The translations under genes and the position numbers were made by a program. 64,000 bases of DNA, from contig NC_042998.1 of NCBI RefSeq assembly GCF_006345805.1, positions 50,840,001 through 50,904,000 of the forward strand, written 5' to 3'. This document shows, in pieces, positions 1 through 11,723 of the stretch; the first letter of the stretch is position 1; each line of letters starts with the position of its first letter. The stretch is from Octopus sinensis (lineage: Eukaryota). The notes below the pieces were generated by a model that saw only the letters and a list, made by a program, of their open reading frames with translations, was not told the DNA's origin and searched no databases.

Positions 1-446
1 CCAGCTAGAGATAATGTCTCCTGGGCTAACTTACAACAACATTCGTCTTAAACCAGGACTGCCATGTCTTGTTGGCAAACAATCTTTACTCCAAAGTATT
101 GTTGCTGAATATCTCTCGTTGTGAGATTTAAAAAAAGAAATTTTCTAATTTATAGATAAGTGACTAGTTGCCACTTTGAAAACTATATATTTCAAATGGG
201 AATTTGGCAGCGCCACCTCTAGCTGAACAATTATTCTGTGCTGATGAAGAGAAATAACCCAGAAATCACAATACACAGATACTGTTTTGAGCTGAGTGGG
301 GTTGCTAGATTCTCTTGTTCAAAAATATAAGGACACATATCATGTCGTATAGCCAGCTAGAGACGATGTCTCTGGGAGCTAAATTACAGCAACATTCATC
401 CTAAACCAGGACTGCCAAGTTATGTTGGCAAACAATCTTTACTCCA
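1..446 (+). repeat. ~93-bp direct repeat pair (period 352 bp)
   Basis: 1-93 and 353-446 both read ccagctagag...ggcaaacaatctttactcca. Confidence 0.85.
235..279 (+). ncRNA. Degenerate type I hammerhead-like motif
   Basis: tctgtg-CUGAUGA-agag/aaataa/ccca-GAAAU-caca-AUA-cacaga. Stem I has 6 perfect bp, stem III 2 bp, stem II is imperfect. Confidence 0.5.
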
Positions 447-1204
447 TAATAATAATGGTTTCAAACTTTGGCACAAGACTTGCAATTTTGGGGGTGGTAT
501 AAGTTGATGATACCAACCCTAGTGTTCAACTGGTACATATCTTATTGACCCTGAAAGAATGAAAGGCAATGTCGACCTTGGTAGAACTTGAACTCAGAAT
601 ATAAAGACGGAGAAAATGCCACTAAGCATTTTGACCAACATGCTAAGGATTCTGCCAGCTCAATGCCTTCATAATTATAACTAAATAAAATATATTTGAA
701 TATTTTTTTGTAATGTTTCAGCTTTATTTGCTTCTTCTTGTTACATTGTACTGTTTAGGTATGCACATTCGGAACTTTATATATATAAAAAAAAATCTCT
801 TTAAAATATTACATCTAATAATCATTTACAATGCTAATCACTTGAGCAGAAACTACATAGAAGGTAGTCAATAAAAAGTAGCTATAGTTCATGTATAGAA
901 AAATAATAATTGTCAAATAACTCAATAATAGGCAAGAAATATAATTAACTGACATAGAAGTAGCTTGATGAGATATCATATTAATCATTTAAGATGTAAA
1001 ATTAGAGAAGTGATGAGACACTACTAATTATTTTAGCCTTGACTTTAAATCTGATTGAAAATTTTTCTTTGAATGAATGAAAATTTTAACAAGGTACTAA
1101 ATCCAGATGTTGGGTGGGAAGCTAATCATTTGATTTGAAATTCCGGGAAAGAAACAGTAAGATAATAAAGATAATTGGTTTTGCTTTGAATTGTGAGAGA
1201 ATAT

Positions 1205-1594
1205 CTTGGTGCCACATAAAAAGCACTGGTGTTGGTGCCATGTAAAAAGCACTGGTGATAGTGTCACATAAAAAAGGCACTGGGGCTGGTAACACATAAA
1301 AGGCACTGGCAATAGCACCATATAAAATGCACTAATGGTGGTGGGGGGGGTGCCATATTAAAGGTACTGGTGCTGATGCCATGTAAAAAAACACTAGTGA
1401 TGATGCCAGGTAAAAAGCACTGGTGCTGGTTCCATATAAAAAGCACCCAGTACACTCTGTGAAGTGTTTGGAATTAGGAAGGGCAAAACAGATAATGGAA
1501 CTTGGGGTAGCTCCTTGCCTTGCCAACTCCTGTCAAACAAACCAATCCATGCCCGCATGGAAAATGGATGTTAATCGATGACTCTGAAGATGAA

Positions 1595-1630
<36 letters not shown>

Positions 1631-1645
1631 AATGATGATGATGAT
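1205..1645 (+). mobile_element. RTE-type 3' tail with ~25-bp minisatellite
   Basis: About 10 units of gtgccat/cataaaaagcactgg, then the conserved tail and (GAT)n. Confidence 0.65.
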
Positions 1646-1985
1646 AATAAAATAAAAATTTCACAGATGAAGAGATTTTGACCGAAGTTATTGGAGCATA
1701 CCACATGTCTAATCAATGCATATAAATATCAAACTTTTGGAAGAACTATCCTACCCTTGATAGTATGATGAATAAGGGGATATAAAAATAAAGTGTTCAG
1801 TTTTTCTTCACCCTCTACTCAGCCTTACACGCTATTTCGGTTTTGATTAATTATTCAAAAACATTGTCCTCTTCAAAGCACAAAATGCTTGTAATGGCCT
1901 CTCAAACACATTTACTTTTGATGTCATAAGGATTTTATAAACTTTCGAGAGGATATGAAATAATTCTTTTATGAAACAATGAATC

Positions 1986-2121
1986 TTGAAGCACATAAAG
2001 CTATAAATAATAGCATGCAAACACTGGGTTGAAAAACCCTTCAGCCTTCAACTTTCTCTGAGCAAAAGGGCTTTTTAATCCAATATTTACAAGCTATTAT
2101 TTATAGTTTTATGTGCTTTGA
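1986..2121. repeat. Decayed 56-bp-arm inverted repeat
   Basis: 1986-2041 versus 2066-2121, about 10 mismatches, mostly transitions. Confidence 0.7.
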
Positions 2122-2296
2122 GGTCCCCGGTTCTGAAAAAGAAACATTTTTTTTTTATTTACAGGCTTTTAATTCTCTTTTGAACCTTTCTCAATTAATT
2201 CATTCACTAGGTCAAAATTGAATCATTTTGCCTATAGTAGCACAGAAAACGAAAATATAAAGCATATCCATATTTTGAAATTCATTTATAGAATCA

Positions 2297-2455
2297 GGCG
2301 TAGGCATGGCTGTGTGGTAAAAAGTTTGCTTCCCAACTGCATGGTTCCAGGTTCAGTCTCACCGTGAAGCACCTTGGGCAAGTGTCTTCTACTATAGCTT
2401 CAGGCTGACCAAAGCCTTGTGAGTGGATTTGGTTGATGGAAACTGAAAGAAGCAT
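2297..2455 (+). mobile_element. tRNA-derived SINE family A (short form)
   Basis: Head atggctgtgtggtaa..ggttcagtc, core gcaccttgggcaagtgtcttctactatag, microsatellite tail. Confidence 0.8.
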
Positions 2456-2702
2456 GTGTGTGTGTATATATATTTATATATATATAATAAGGATTCTTGA
2501 AAAAATTGGGTACTTAAATGGTAAGCACCAGGCAGGGCTGGATTAACCTGTGGTCACCACCTATGGTCAATTAAATATCCAGTAGAATATTCAGGTTATG
2601 CACAGAGAAAACCACTCCCTACGAGTAGGCATAGGAAACAGCTGTAATGCACAGGCATTTATCTATCATCTGTTATTATTCATTTGGTTAAATTTATATA
2701 TA

Positions 2703-2932
2703 TATTTCTTTACTGCCCACATGGGGCTAAACATAGAGAGGACAAACAAGGACAGACAAACGGATTAAGTCAATTACATCGATCCCAGTGCGAAACTGCT
2801 ACTTTATTTATCGACCCCGAAAGGATGAAAAGCAAAGTTGACCTCGGCGGGCATTTGAACTCAGAACGTGACGACAGACGAAATATGGCTACGCATTTCG
2901 CCCGCTGAGCTAACGTTTCTGCCAGCTCGCCT

Positions 2933-2933
<1 letters not shown>
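2703..2933 (-). mobile_element. tRNA-derived SINE family B
   Basis: Head aaggcgagctggcagaaacgttagc, B-box gagttcaaat, tail gtaaagaaata. Confidence 0.85.
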
Positions 2934-2970
<37 letters not shown>

Positions 2971-3177
2971 ACATGTGTGTGTGTGGAAAACTGATTATAG
3001 CAGTGACTCGATCAATTTCTAGCAATATCTGAAGAAGGAATTTTTATATTCCACAATATTATATTAGACTATGAATAATTAAATTATAACAGTTATTATA
3101 GCCCACCCTGCATTGTTGTGCCATTCAAGACATGCTATATTTCACAAACAATACATAAATGCTTCCAGCGAACTACA

Positions 3178-3191
3178 ATATAACTACAATA

Positions 3192-3229
<38 letters not shown>

Positions 3230-3243
3230 TATTGTAGTTATAT
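3178..3243. repeat. Perfect 66-bp palindrome with (AT)n core
   Basis: atataactacaatactctca-(TA)n-tgagagtattgtagttatat. Confidence 0.95.
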
Positions 3244-3253
3244 ATATATATAT

Positions 3254-3415
3254 AGGGAAAGTTTACGAAAAAAAAACAAAAGACGAAGACAGGTGGTGTA
3301 AAAACAAACAGATGTATTAGTATAATGCTCAGGAATAGAAAAAGTCTTTTACGTTTCGAGCCTATGCTCTTCTACAGAAAGGTACACAGAAAAAACAAGG
3401 AGAGAGAAAAAAACA
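3254..3415 (-). mobile_element. Short interspersed element with hammerhead-like relic
   Basis: Minus strand tagaagagcataggctcgaaacgta: hairpin GAGC/GCTC then GAAACGT, with a broken CUGA core. Flanked by (TA)n. Confidence 0.4.
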
Positions 3416-3457
3416 ATATATATATATATATATACATACATGTGTGTGTGTGTGTGT

Positions 3458-3600
3458 GTCTACCAAATCCACTCATAAGACTTTGGTTGGCCTGAGGCTG
3501 TAGTAGAAAACACTTGCTCAAGGTGCCATATAGTGGAACTGAACCTGGAACCATGTGGGTGGGAAGCAAGCTTCTTACCACACAGTCACACCTGCACCTA
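3458..3600 (-). mobile_element. SINE family A (short form)
   Basis: Reverse complement of the family-A head and core. Confidence 0.8.
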
Positions 3601-3697
3601 CATTAGTTATTTTATAATTTCCAAAGTTTGATAGACCCATATAACCTGGAACATTTTTCAGTTTGATAATGATATAATATTCGTTGTATATAAGAGA

Positions 3698-3913
3698 CTA
3701 TGTTCTATAAAAGCAGAAGAAATCTCTCAGAGTTAGTGAATAATTTGACCGAGAAACTCAAAAAGATTTCTTTTCAATTTCATTTGCATGAGTGTAAGTC
3801 AAGAAATCAGGTGAGATACAGTATTGGTCATATTTCAAATGACCAATACTGCATCAAATATTTAAATGGTTTCTCTAACTCTGAGAGACTTCTTCTGCTT
3901 TTATAGAACATAG
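3698..3913. repeat. Asymmetric hairpin element
   Basis: 39-bp outer arms (3698-3736, 3875-3913, 1 mismatch) and a 17-bp inner stem (3815-3831, 3839-3855). Confidence 0.85.
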
Positions 3914-4626
3914 CTTTGATTATTGATTTAAGGTTTGCTAAGTTCTAAAACAACATTCAGAATAAAATTTTTTTTACAAAGATATTGTGTTTACATAGCA
4001 CTAAAAAAAAGAAAAAAGTAGAAAAAAGACATGGGGGGGGGGTCAGAATAGTGTTCTTGCTGAAATAGAGAGAAAACAAACAAAATAATAGAATTGATTT
4101 TGCAAATTTTGATAAACGACTTTAAAAAGAAGCTAAGAGCAAGATTAGAAATGGTAAAATGATATTGAATACCATCACTGAAAGAACAGTCTGTGGAGAG
4201 AAAAGGAGGAGTAAAAGAAAGAAGAATGTTTTATCAATGGTCATGATGAAATTTTTATGTATGATCCGTTGCAACTTTTGTTCTTTGCAATCTCTAAATG
4301 ATAGGCTTTCAGCACTGAAATCTAAAATGAAACTACCAGCTACCCTCACAACTGAAAATAATATACCACATTAACCACACTTCTTTTAATTCTTAAATAT
4401 GCAGTGTGGCCATATTACAGATGAAATACCGAATAAAAAACTGTATGATGAAACATTGAACTTGTTTTTTTCCACAAAATGTACTTATAAAGTAAGGATG
4501 TGTCTTATGTCAGAATGCATTTTATATGCTGACAAATATGGTACACAAAGCAAAATGGAACCCTTTCTAATCTTTAAAAGTTTGCATTTTAGATTAGTTC
4601 AAGTAGGATATTAATTACAAGTTAAT

Positions 4627-4832
4627 TAAAGGCAGTGAGCTAGCAGAATTGTTAGCCTGCTGGGCAAAATGCTTTGTGCCTTTTAGTCTAGCTTTACGTT
4701 CTGGGTTCAAATTCCACTGAGGTCAATATTGTCTTTCATCCTTTTGGGGTCAATAAATTTAGTACCAGTAATCAACTGATCTCCCACCACCAAAAAGAAA
4801 AAATTTCAGGCTTTGTGTCTTTAGTAGAAAAG
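4627..4832 (+). mobile_element. SINE family B with 14-bp TSD
   Basis: TSD attaattacaagtt at 4610-4623 and 4833-4846. Confidence 0.8.
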
Positions 4833-5456
4833 ATTAATTACAAGTTGATTAGAAAGTAAATAAAATTATATTTAATACCATAATTATAAAAACCCACATG
4901 AATTATATAATCTAATGATGGAATTTCTACATCATTGCTCAGGTTGCTTGAAAAGGATAAAGGATAAAACATCCTTCTTGAGCCCTAGAGACTTATAAGT
5001 GTCATTTTCCTGGTTTATATATATAGGCCACCTGGATGGGATACCAGCCCATTGCTGGGTTACTCATTTTTGCCAGCTGAGTGGACTGGAGGAATATGAA
5101 ATGAAGTGTTTTGCTCTCACAAATACATGTCACCTGGCCCAGGAATCGAGACCACAATCTTAAAAGAGCAGCTTAATTCATCTCAAATTATATCCAACTG
5201 CCTTAGAATGGTTTGATACATTGAAGTATGTTGTCTTCAGTGTACAATACTCAAGGAGAAAAAAAAAAAACAGGAAGATTATAGCTGGAAAGGCTTTTGA
5301 TAATAGGTTTGTTCAATCATAACTTACCTGGGGATATGCAACAACTACAACAACCACAACTACAACAACAAAAACAGCAACATGATTTTCAGAGGCTAGT
5401 GCCAAAACACTTTTAAATGTCTAGAAAGTCTCTCTCTCTCTCTCTCTCTCTCTTAC

Positions 5457-5642
5457 CTGACCAATTCGCTTCTAGCCTTGAAGGCTATTGTCTCCTGAAA
5501 GAGACTAGAGCTACTTTGGAAGAACTGATCGTATTTTTTTGATACTTCACTTGGATAAATTCTCCGAAAGTTTCCAAGGTGGGTGGTTTCGTAATTGTCA
5601 AGACTTTCCAAATATTTTTCATGAGCTTGTTCTTGCTCTTCT
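5457..5642 (-). CDS. TTLL6: TTLL6/TTLL13-like exon (186 bp, phase 2/2)
   Basis: Translates EEQEQAHEKYLESLDNYETTHLGNFRRIYPSEVSKKYDQFFQSSSSLFQETIAFKARSELV, matching the G.FR.IYP...KY..FF..SLFQ.T.A..AR motif of TTLL6/7/13. Acceptor tttcag, donor gtaaga. Confidence 0.93.
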
Positions 5643-5814
5643 CTGAAATTACAATGAATTACAAAATCATAAGACATTAAATTTTTAAACTCCCATTGTT
5701 TCATCAGTTTATTTCTGTTTTATTAAGGGCTAATATACCCATGCTGGCATGGAAGGTGGATATTAAACATTGATGAGATGATGATGATGATGATGATGAT
5801 ATATACATATATAT

Positions 5815-6450
5815 GGACAGGTGACTTCAATGGACATATTGGGTAGCATCTGGTTGGCTTGTATGGAGTGCATAGAGGCTATAGAGCTAGTTCCCACAAT
5901 GAGGAGTGAACCGCACAGCTGGAGTTCTTTGATGAAAATAGTCTTATGATTTGCAGTACTAATGTCAAGAAACCAGTCAATCACTTGTTCACTGATCAAT
6001 CTGATGGATACACAAGCCAGATTGACTACATTCTCATCAGAAAGCAGGAAAGATGGTTGCTCATAAATGCAAAGTCTTTCCCAAGTGAAGAGTACACCCC
6101 TTAACATAGGTTAGTCATCAGTGACTTCAAACTCAGGGATAGGCAGCAACTAAGAAAATCTGGAGGCTTAAGGGTCCTCTAAATAGTCAGAGATTTAGAG
6201 ACGTTTTACCTGAAGCATTTAATAGGTAAAAGAGAGATATAGGAATATATAACATAGAGGATAACTGGAGGTTCCTAAGGGACTTAATGAAGATCACTGA
6301 CCAAATTTGTGGTTGGTGCAAAGTCCCTTCCAGAACTAACGTAACATGGTGGTGGAACAGTGTAGTAGACAGGGACATTAGAGTGAAGAAATGGACCAGG
6401 AAGGACTGGAAGATTGGTGGTAGCAGGGAACTATATAAGAAAGGAGGCAA
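5815..6450 (+). mobile_element. Decayed RTE LINE endonuclease fragment
   Basis: QIDYILIRKQ..HRLVISDF APE C-terminal motif, interrupted by stops. Confidence 0.7.
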
Positions 6451-6460
6451 GGAGATTCAC

Positions 6461-6858
6461 TTTTTACTCACTTTAACTTGTTTCAGTCATTTGACTGTGG
6501 CCATGCTGGAGCACCACCTTTAGTCGAGCAAATCGACCCCAAGACTTATTCTCTGGAAGCCTAGTACTTATTGTATTGGTCTCTTTTGCTGAACCGCTAA
6601 GTTACGGAGACGTAAACACACCACCATTGGTTGTCAAGCGATGTTGGTGGGGACAAACACAGACACACATACATACATATAAATACATATATACGATGGG
6701 CTTCTTTCAGTTTCCGTCCACCAAATCCACTCAAAAGGCTTTGGTCGGCCAGAGGCTATAGTAGAAGACACTTGCCCAAGGTGCCATGCAGTGGGAATGA
6801 ATCCAGAACCATGTGGTTGGTAAGCAAGCTACTTACCACACAGCCACTCCTGCACCTA
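6461..6858 (-). mobile_element. SINE family A, long composite form
   Basis: Head and core, internal microsatellite, then tail gctccagcatggccacagtcaaatgactgaaac. Confidence 0.85.
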
Positions 6859-7959
6859 TGATAGGTATATTTAGCCAAGGGAGAAGCAGAAAGGAAGAAG
6901 TTTGTCAATGTTTTGCAGTGTGAGGACCAGATGCTTGAAGTATTTTGGATTGCAAGAGTGTGTGAAAGAAAATCATGACATATATATATATATATAAATA
7001 TATATATATATGGTGAGAAAGGATCTTCTAGCATTGGGCCTCATAGAGGAGACTGAAGCACTGAGACCTCTGGCTGTTTGCTGTGCTTCAGAAGACATGT
7101 CAAGCTAAGTAAAACTATGGTATGTCCTTTACAGCCATGTCCTCCCCACTTGTCTCTCAGCCAAGATGTCCTTGCCTTCTGACCTCACAGGTGTTGGTGC
7201 CGTGTAAAAGCACACATGCCAGTGCTACATAAAAGCACCCCTGCTAGTGCCACACAAAAACATTCATACTGTACCACACAAAAGCACTCATGCTGGTGCT
7301 ACATAAGAGCACCCATGTCACACATATGCACCTGTTACACTCTGAAAAGGGAATAGTGTCAGAAAGGGCATCCAGCAGTAGAAACCATGTCAAAACAGAC
7401 AATCAACGCCCAGGAAGCTCTCCAGCTGGTCAGTCCCTGTCAAACCATCTAACCCATGCCAGCAAGGAAAACAGATGTTATATGAAAATGATGATGATGA
7501 TATAAATATAAATATATGCATGTATGTATGTATGTATGTATGTATGTCGTTTTTTCTCATTTGGTTGAGAAGCAGGCCTATATCTATGTACATGTAGGGG
7601 AGTAGAGGTGTGCAAGTGTAGAGATGTGGTCACTTACAAGAGAAGTGAAATTGAACCAGTGTGTGTTATTACTGGCATAATGATCCTCCCTAGATATATC
7701 AAATATGTGTGTGTGCGCGCGCATGTGCATGTGTGTGTGTGTGTAAAATAGGCAAGGATTATGTACCCATGTGTGGTAAGTCGACAGTTGTCACCTGTCA
7801 TAGTTGGGGAGCATTCTCTCTGAAATTCTCAAGGGAGAATTTCAGCATGGGTCAATTAGAAGAAATTATTTTGTGCTTTTTACTTTTTAAGACTGGCATT
7901 AGATTGTGGATGATCTATGGAGTCAAGTACATAAACATCAAAATAAAAATGAAATGGAA

Positions 7960-8312
7960 TTGTAGTCGTAATACCTGTGCCGGTGGCATGTAAAAAGCAC
8001 CATCTGAATGTGGCCAATGCCAGTGCTGTCTTGACTGGCTTACAACCCAGTGGCACATAAAAATCACCATCTGAACATGGCCAATGCCAGCGCCGCCTTG
8101 GCCGGCTTCCGTGCCGGTGGCACATAAAAAGCACCCACTACACTCACGGAGTGGTTGGCATTAGGAAGGGTGTCCAGCTGTAGAAACACTGCCAAATCAG
8201 ACTGGCGCCTGGTGCAGCCTCCTGGCTTCCCACACCTCGGTCGAACTATCCAACCCATGCTAGCATGGAAAACAAACGTTAAACGATGATGATGATGGTG
8301 ATGATGATGATG
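7960..8312 (+). mobile_element. RTE 3' UTR fragment
   Basis: Repeat units gtgccggtggcac..aaaagcacc, then aggaagggtgtccagctgtagaaa, ending in (GAT)n. Confidence 0.75.
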
Positions 8313-8849
8313 TACCAAATGGAAAAATAGAAAACTTTGTTTATCAAGACATTATAAATTGCCACAAATAATGCAGAAATCTGCCATGTTCCAAGAGACT
8401 TAATCCTCTGGGAAGACCTGGTATGTTATGGAATAGATAAAATTGAAATCAATTCTATTGTAAAAATTGCTTGGCAATGACAGGTTATGATATAATGTGT
8501 ATGTGTGTGTGTGTGTGTGTGCATATGTGCATGTGTATATACGTATATGAATGTTGTGTATGTGTATTTGTGTATATATATATATTTCATCATCATCATT
8601 TAACATTTGTTGTCCATGCTGGCATGGGTTGTATGGTTTGACAAGGGCTGGCAAGCTGGGGAGCTGCACCAGACTCCAGTCTGATTTGGTATTGTTTCTA
8701 TGTCTAGATGCCCTTCCTAACACCAACCACTTTACAGACTCTGCTGGATGCTTTGCCATGGCACTGCATGGGTACTTTTATGAGGCACAGCACAGGCACT
8801 TTTAGGCCCTTTTACGTGGCACTTAACAGGTGCTTTCACATAGCACCAC

Positions 8850-8885
<36 letters not shown>

Positions 8886-9367
8886 AGCATGCTGGTGTCA
8901 CTTGTAGAACCCTTAATTATTAATATATATATATATACATACATATATATTTATGACTGAAAGCATATTGCGGAGTTTATATACTCAAATTTGAATGAAA
9001 TGAATATGTTAATGGTACAGGTGACCGTGGAATACTCAGCTATCTATATGTTAATTTAGTAATTAAGGCAAGGTGGTGAGCTAGCAGAATCATTACCAAG
9101 CTGGAGAAAATGTTTAGCGGCATTTCTTCCAACTTTACATTCTGAGTTCAAATGCCACCAGAGTCAACTTTGCCTTTCAGAATTCTTTTGGGGGTCAATA
9201 AAATATGTACCCGTTGAGCAGTGGGGCTGATGTAATTGACTTATCCACTCCCTGAAATTGCTGGCCTTGTGCTAAAATTTGAAACCAGTTTAGTAATTCA
9301 GGAGCAGGTAATTCAGTTGGTCAAACAACTGAATCCTTGTCATCAAATGATAGAGACCCACCACCTT

Positions 9368-9399
<32 letters not shown>

Positions 9400-9959
9400 C
9401 ACCCCCACCCATTTAACATCAATTTTCTGTGCTGGCAAGGATAGAACAGTTTGACAGGAATTGGCAAGTCAGAAGACTGCACCAAGCTCTGCTATCTGTT
9501 TTGGCATGGTTTCTATGGCAGGGTGCCTTTCCTAATGCTAATTGCCCTCCTCAACACCAACCACTATACAGAGTGTACTAGGTGCATTTTATGTGGCACC
9601 AGCAGCAGTGAGATCACCAAGTAAACAGCAGAACAAGACATATCAATGGGGAGTTGTAGTATCAAGGGACAGGAATTTTTTTGTGTATGTGTGTGTGTGT
9701 GTGTGTGTATGAAGTGTAGCATTTGCTATTAAAACTCAATAATACTCCACCTCTATATTCTTTTTAAAATGATATTTCATATTTCTTTATTATTAGTTCA
9801 CTGATATATAATCATACACAAGGCTTAGTACTTTACTCTAAAAATATAAGGGTACAGAAAATGTGTGATTTATTTACTGTCTTGAAATTTTTAGCATGCA
9901 CTAACACAGAGACATACACACACACACACACACACACACAACACACACACACATATATA

Positions 9960-10121
9960 TACATGATGGGCGTCTTTCAGTTTCCCTCTTACAAATCCAC
10001 TCAAAAGGCTTTGGTCAGCCCAAGGTTATAGTAGAAGACACTTGCCCAAGGTGCCAAATTGTGGGACTGAATCAGGAACCATGTGGTTGTGAAACAGGCT
10101 TCTTACCACACAACCATGCCT
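9960..10121 (-). mobile_element. SINE family A (short form)
   Basis: Family-A head and core. Confidence 0.8.
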
Positions 10122-10344
10122 GTGGTTATTGTTTAATTTAATTTAATTTTTTACTTTCTTTGTTTCATATCTTACACAACATCCTGGATGTCATATCAAT
10201 GTCTTCTTAAAAATTTCTTTTCTTTTTCTCGCAAGAAAAAGGAGAAATTTCTAAATCTATATCAAGCTGTTACACGTGAAACAAATTTATTTATCAGAGA
10301 TAATTTGACAAGAAACCTAAAAGAAAAGAAAAAAAATTATATAC

Positions 10345-10526
10345 TTGGTTTCCTTTTTAACATTGCGGCCTAGTAGTCGATCTTTGACTCGCTTCCTTTC
10401 TTCTTCCGTACACTTCCGCCGATTTGAAGCACCAAAGTTTAAGAGAGCCAAAGTATCACCAACAAGAGTACTCTTTATCTCCTTATCTAGAGCAGAATCA
10501 ACATTGAAGCTTGGAGAGTGGTTCAC
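10345..10526 (-). CDS. TTLL6: TTLL6/TTLL13-like exon (182 bp, phase 0/2)
   Basis: Translates VNHSPSFNVDSALDKEIKSTLVGDTLALLNFGASNRRKCTEEERKRVKDRLLGRNVKKET. Completes the E|VNHSPSF motif across a 22,273-bp intron. Acceptor ttttag, donor gtatat. Confidence 0.95.
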
Positions 10527-10809
10527 CTAAAAGAAAGACAACCTCATTTAGTCCATAGCCCAATCTAAAATCTATTAAAATGAACTTATATTGTTATAGT
10601 CTATTAAAACAATCTGCTTTTCATAGTTGTAGAGTTATCTGAACTTTTCAAGTTTATTAAATTGCATTTACACAAAGTAAGACCTTTGTTCTCTTATACA
10701 TGTGTATGGATGTAAATATGTATGATATATGCATACATACACACACATGCATACACAAACATACATATACACACACACATACATACATAAATAAATACAT
10801 AGATACATA

Positions 10810-11027
10810 TGAAGGGGGTGCTGAAAAGTTCCTGGCTTTGGGTAAAAGAAAATCCAAGAGGATTGGTTAATTATGATTTTATGCAGTATATCCTCTCCCA
10901 GATTCACAAACTTATTGCAGCAGTCCTTCAGTTTTTCTAAGTCTTGTAAAAGAACTTGGAAGCTTGGACCTCTAAACAGGCCTTTCATGACACCCTTAAA
11001 GCCAGGAACTTTGTAGCACTCCCTCAT
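10810..11027. mobile_element. Mariner-type MITE (~215 bp)
   Basis: TIR gggggtgctgaaaagttcctggcttt / aaagccaggaactttgtagcactccc. Confidence 0.75.
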
Positions 11028-11339
11028 TCATTCTAAATAAAGAGTAAAAAGTGTGAAGCACGGATACATGTATACTAAAATGAAACGCATATCCACCGCA
11101 CATATACAAGTTATCCATGAACACAAAACATCCATATATACATACATCAACTGATGCAGATGACCACGAACACCCAATACCTGTCTTAACTGAAAAAAAA
11201 AAGAGCATTACCACTTGGTTAGTGGCCAGCTTCAATACCCCGAAAAGAGAAAAAGAAGAAACATGAATAAATCCTAAAGATTTTCTTTAAAGCACATACA
11301 CATACATACATAAATTCATATATGCATACGTATCTATTT

Positions 11340-11640
<301 letters not shown>

Positions 11641-11723
11641 AATAAATATAAGAGAGTGGTCACTATGTGGCTCAACTATTAAATTAGTATCTAATTCTCT
11701 CACCCTTATTAATTAATTATATA

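Noticed and set aside
208-226. CTCF-like motif gcgccacctctagc
   Set aside because: Only the AGGTGGCGC half matches, and it lies inside a repeat unit.
4122-4349. ORF containing RDCKEQKLQRII as a possible next TTLL exon (phase-compatible AG present)
   Set aside because: No plausible donor site follows and there is no recognisable TTLL similarity. RNA-seq would be needed.
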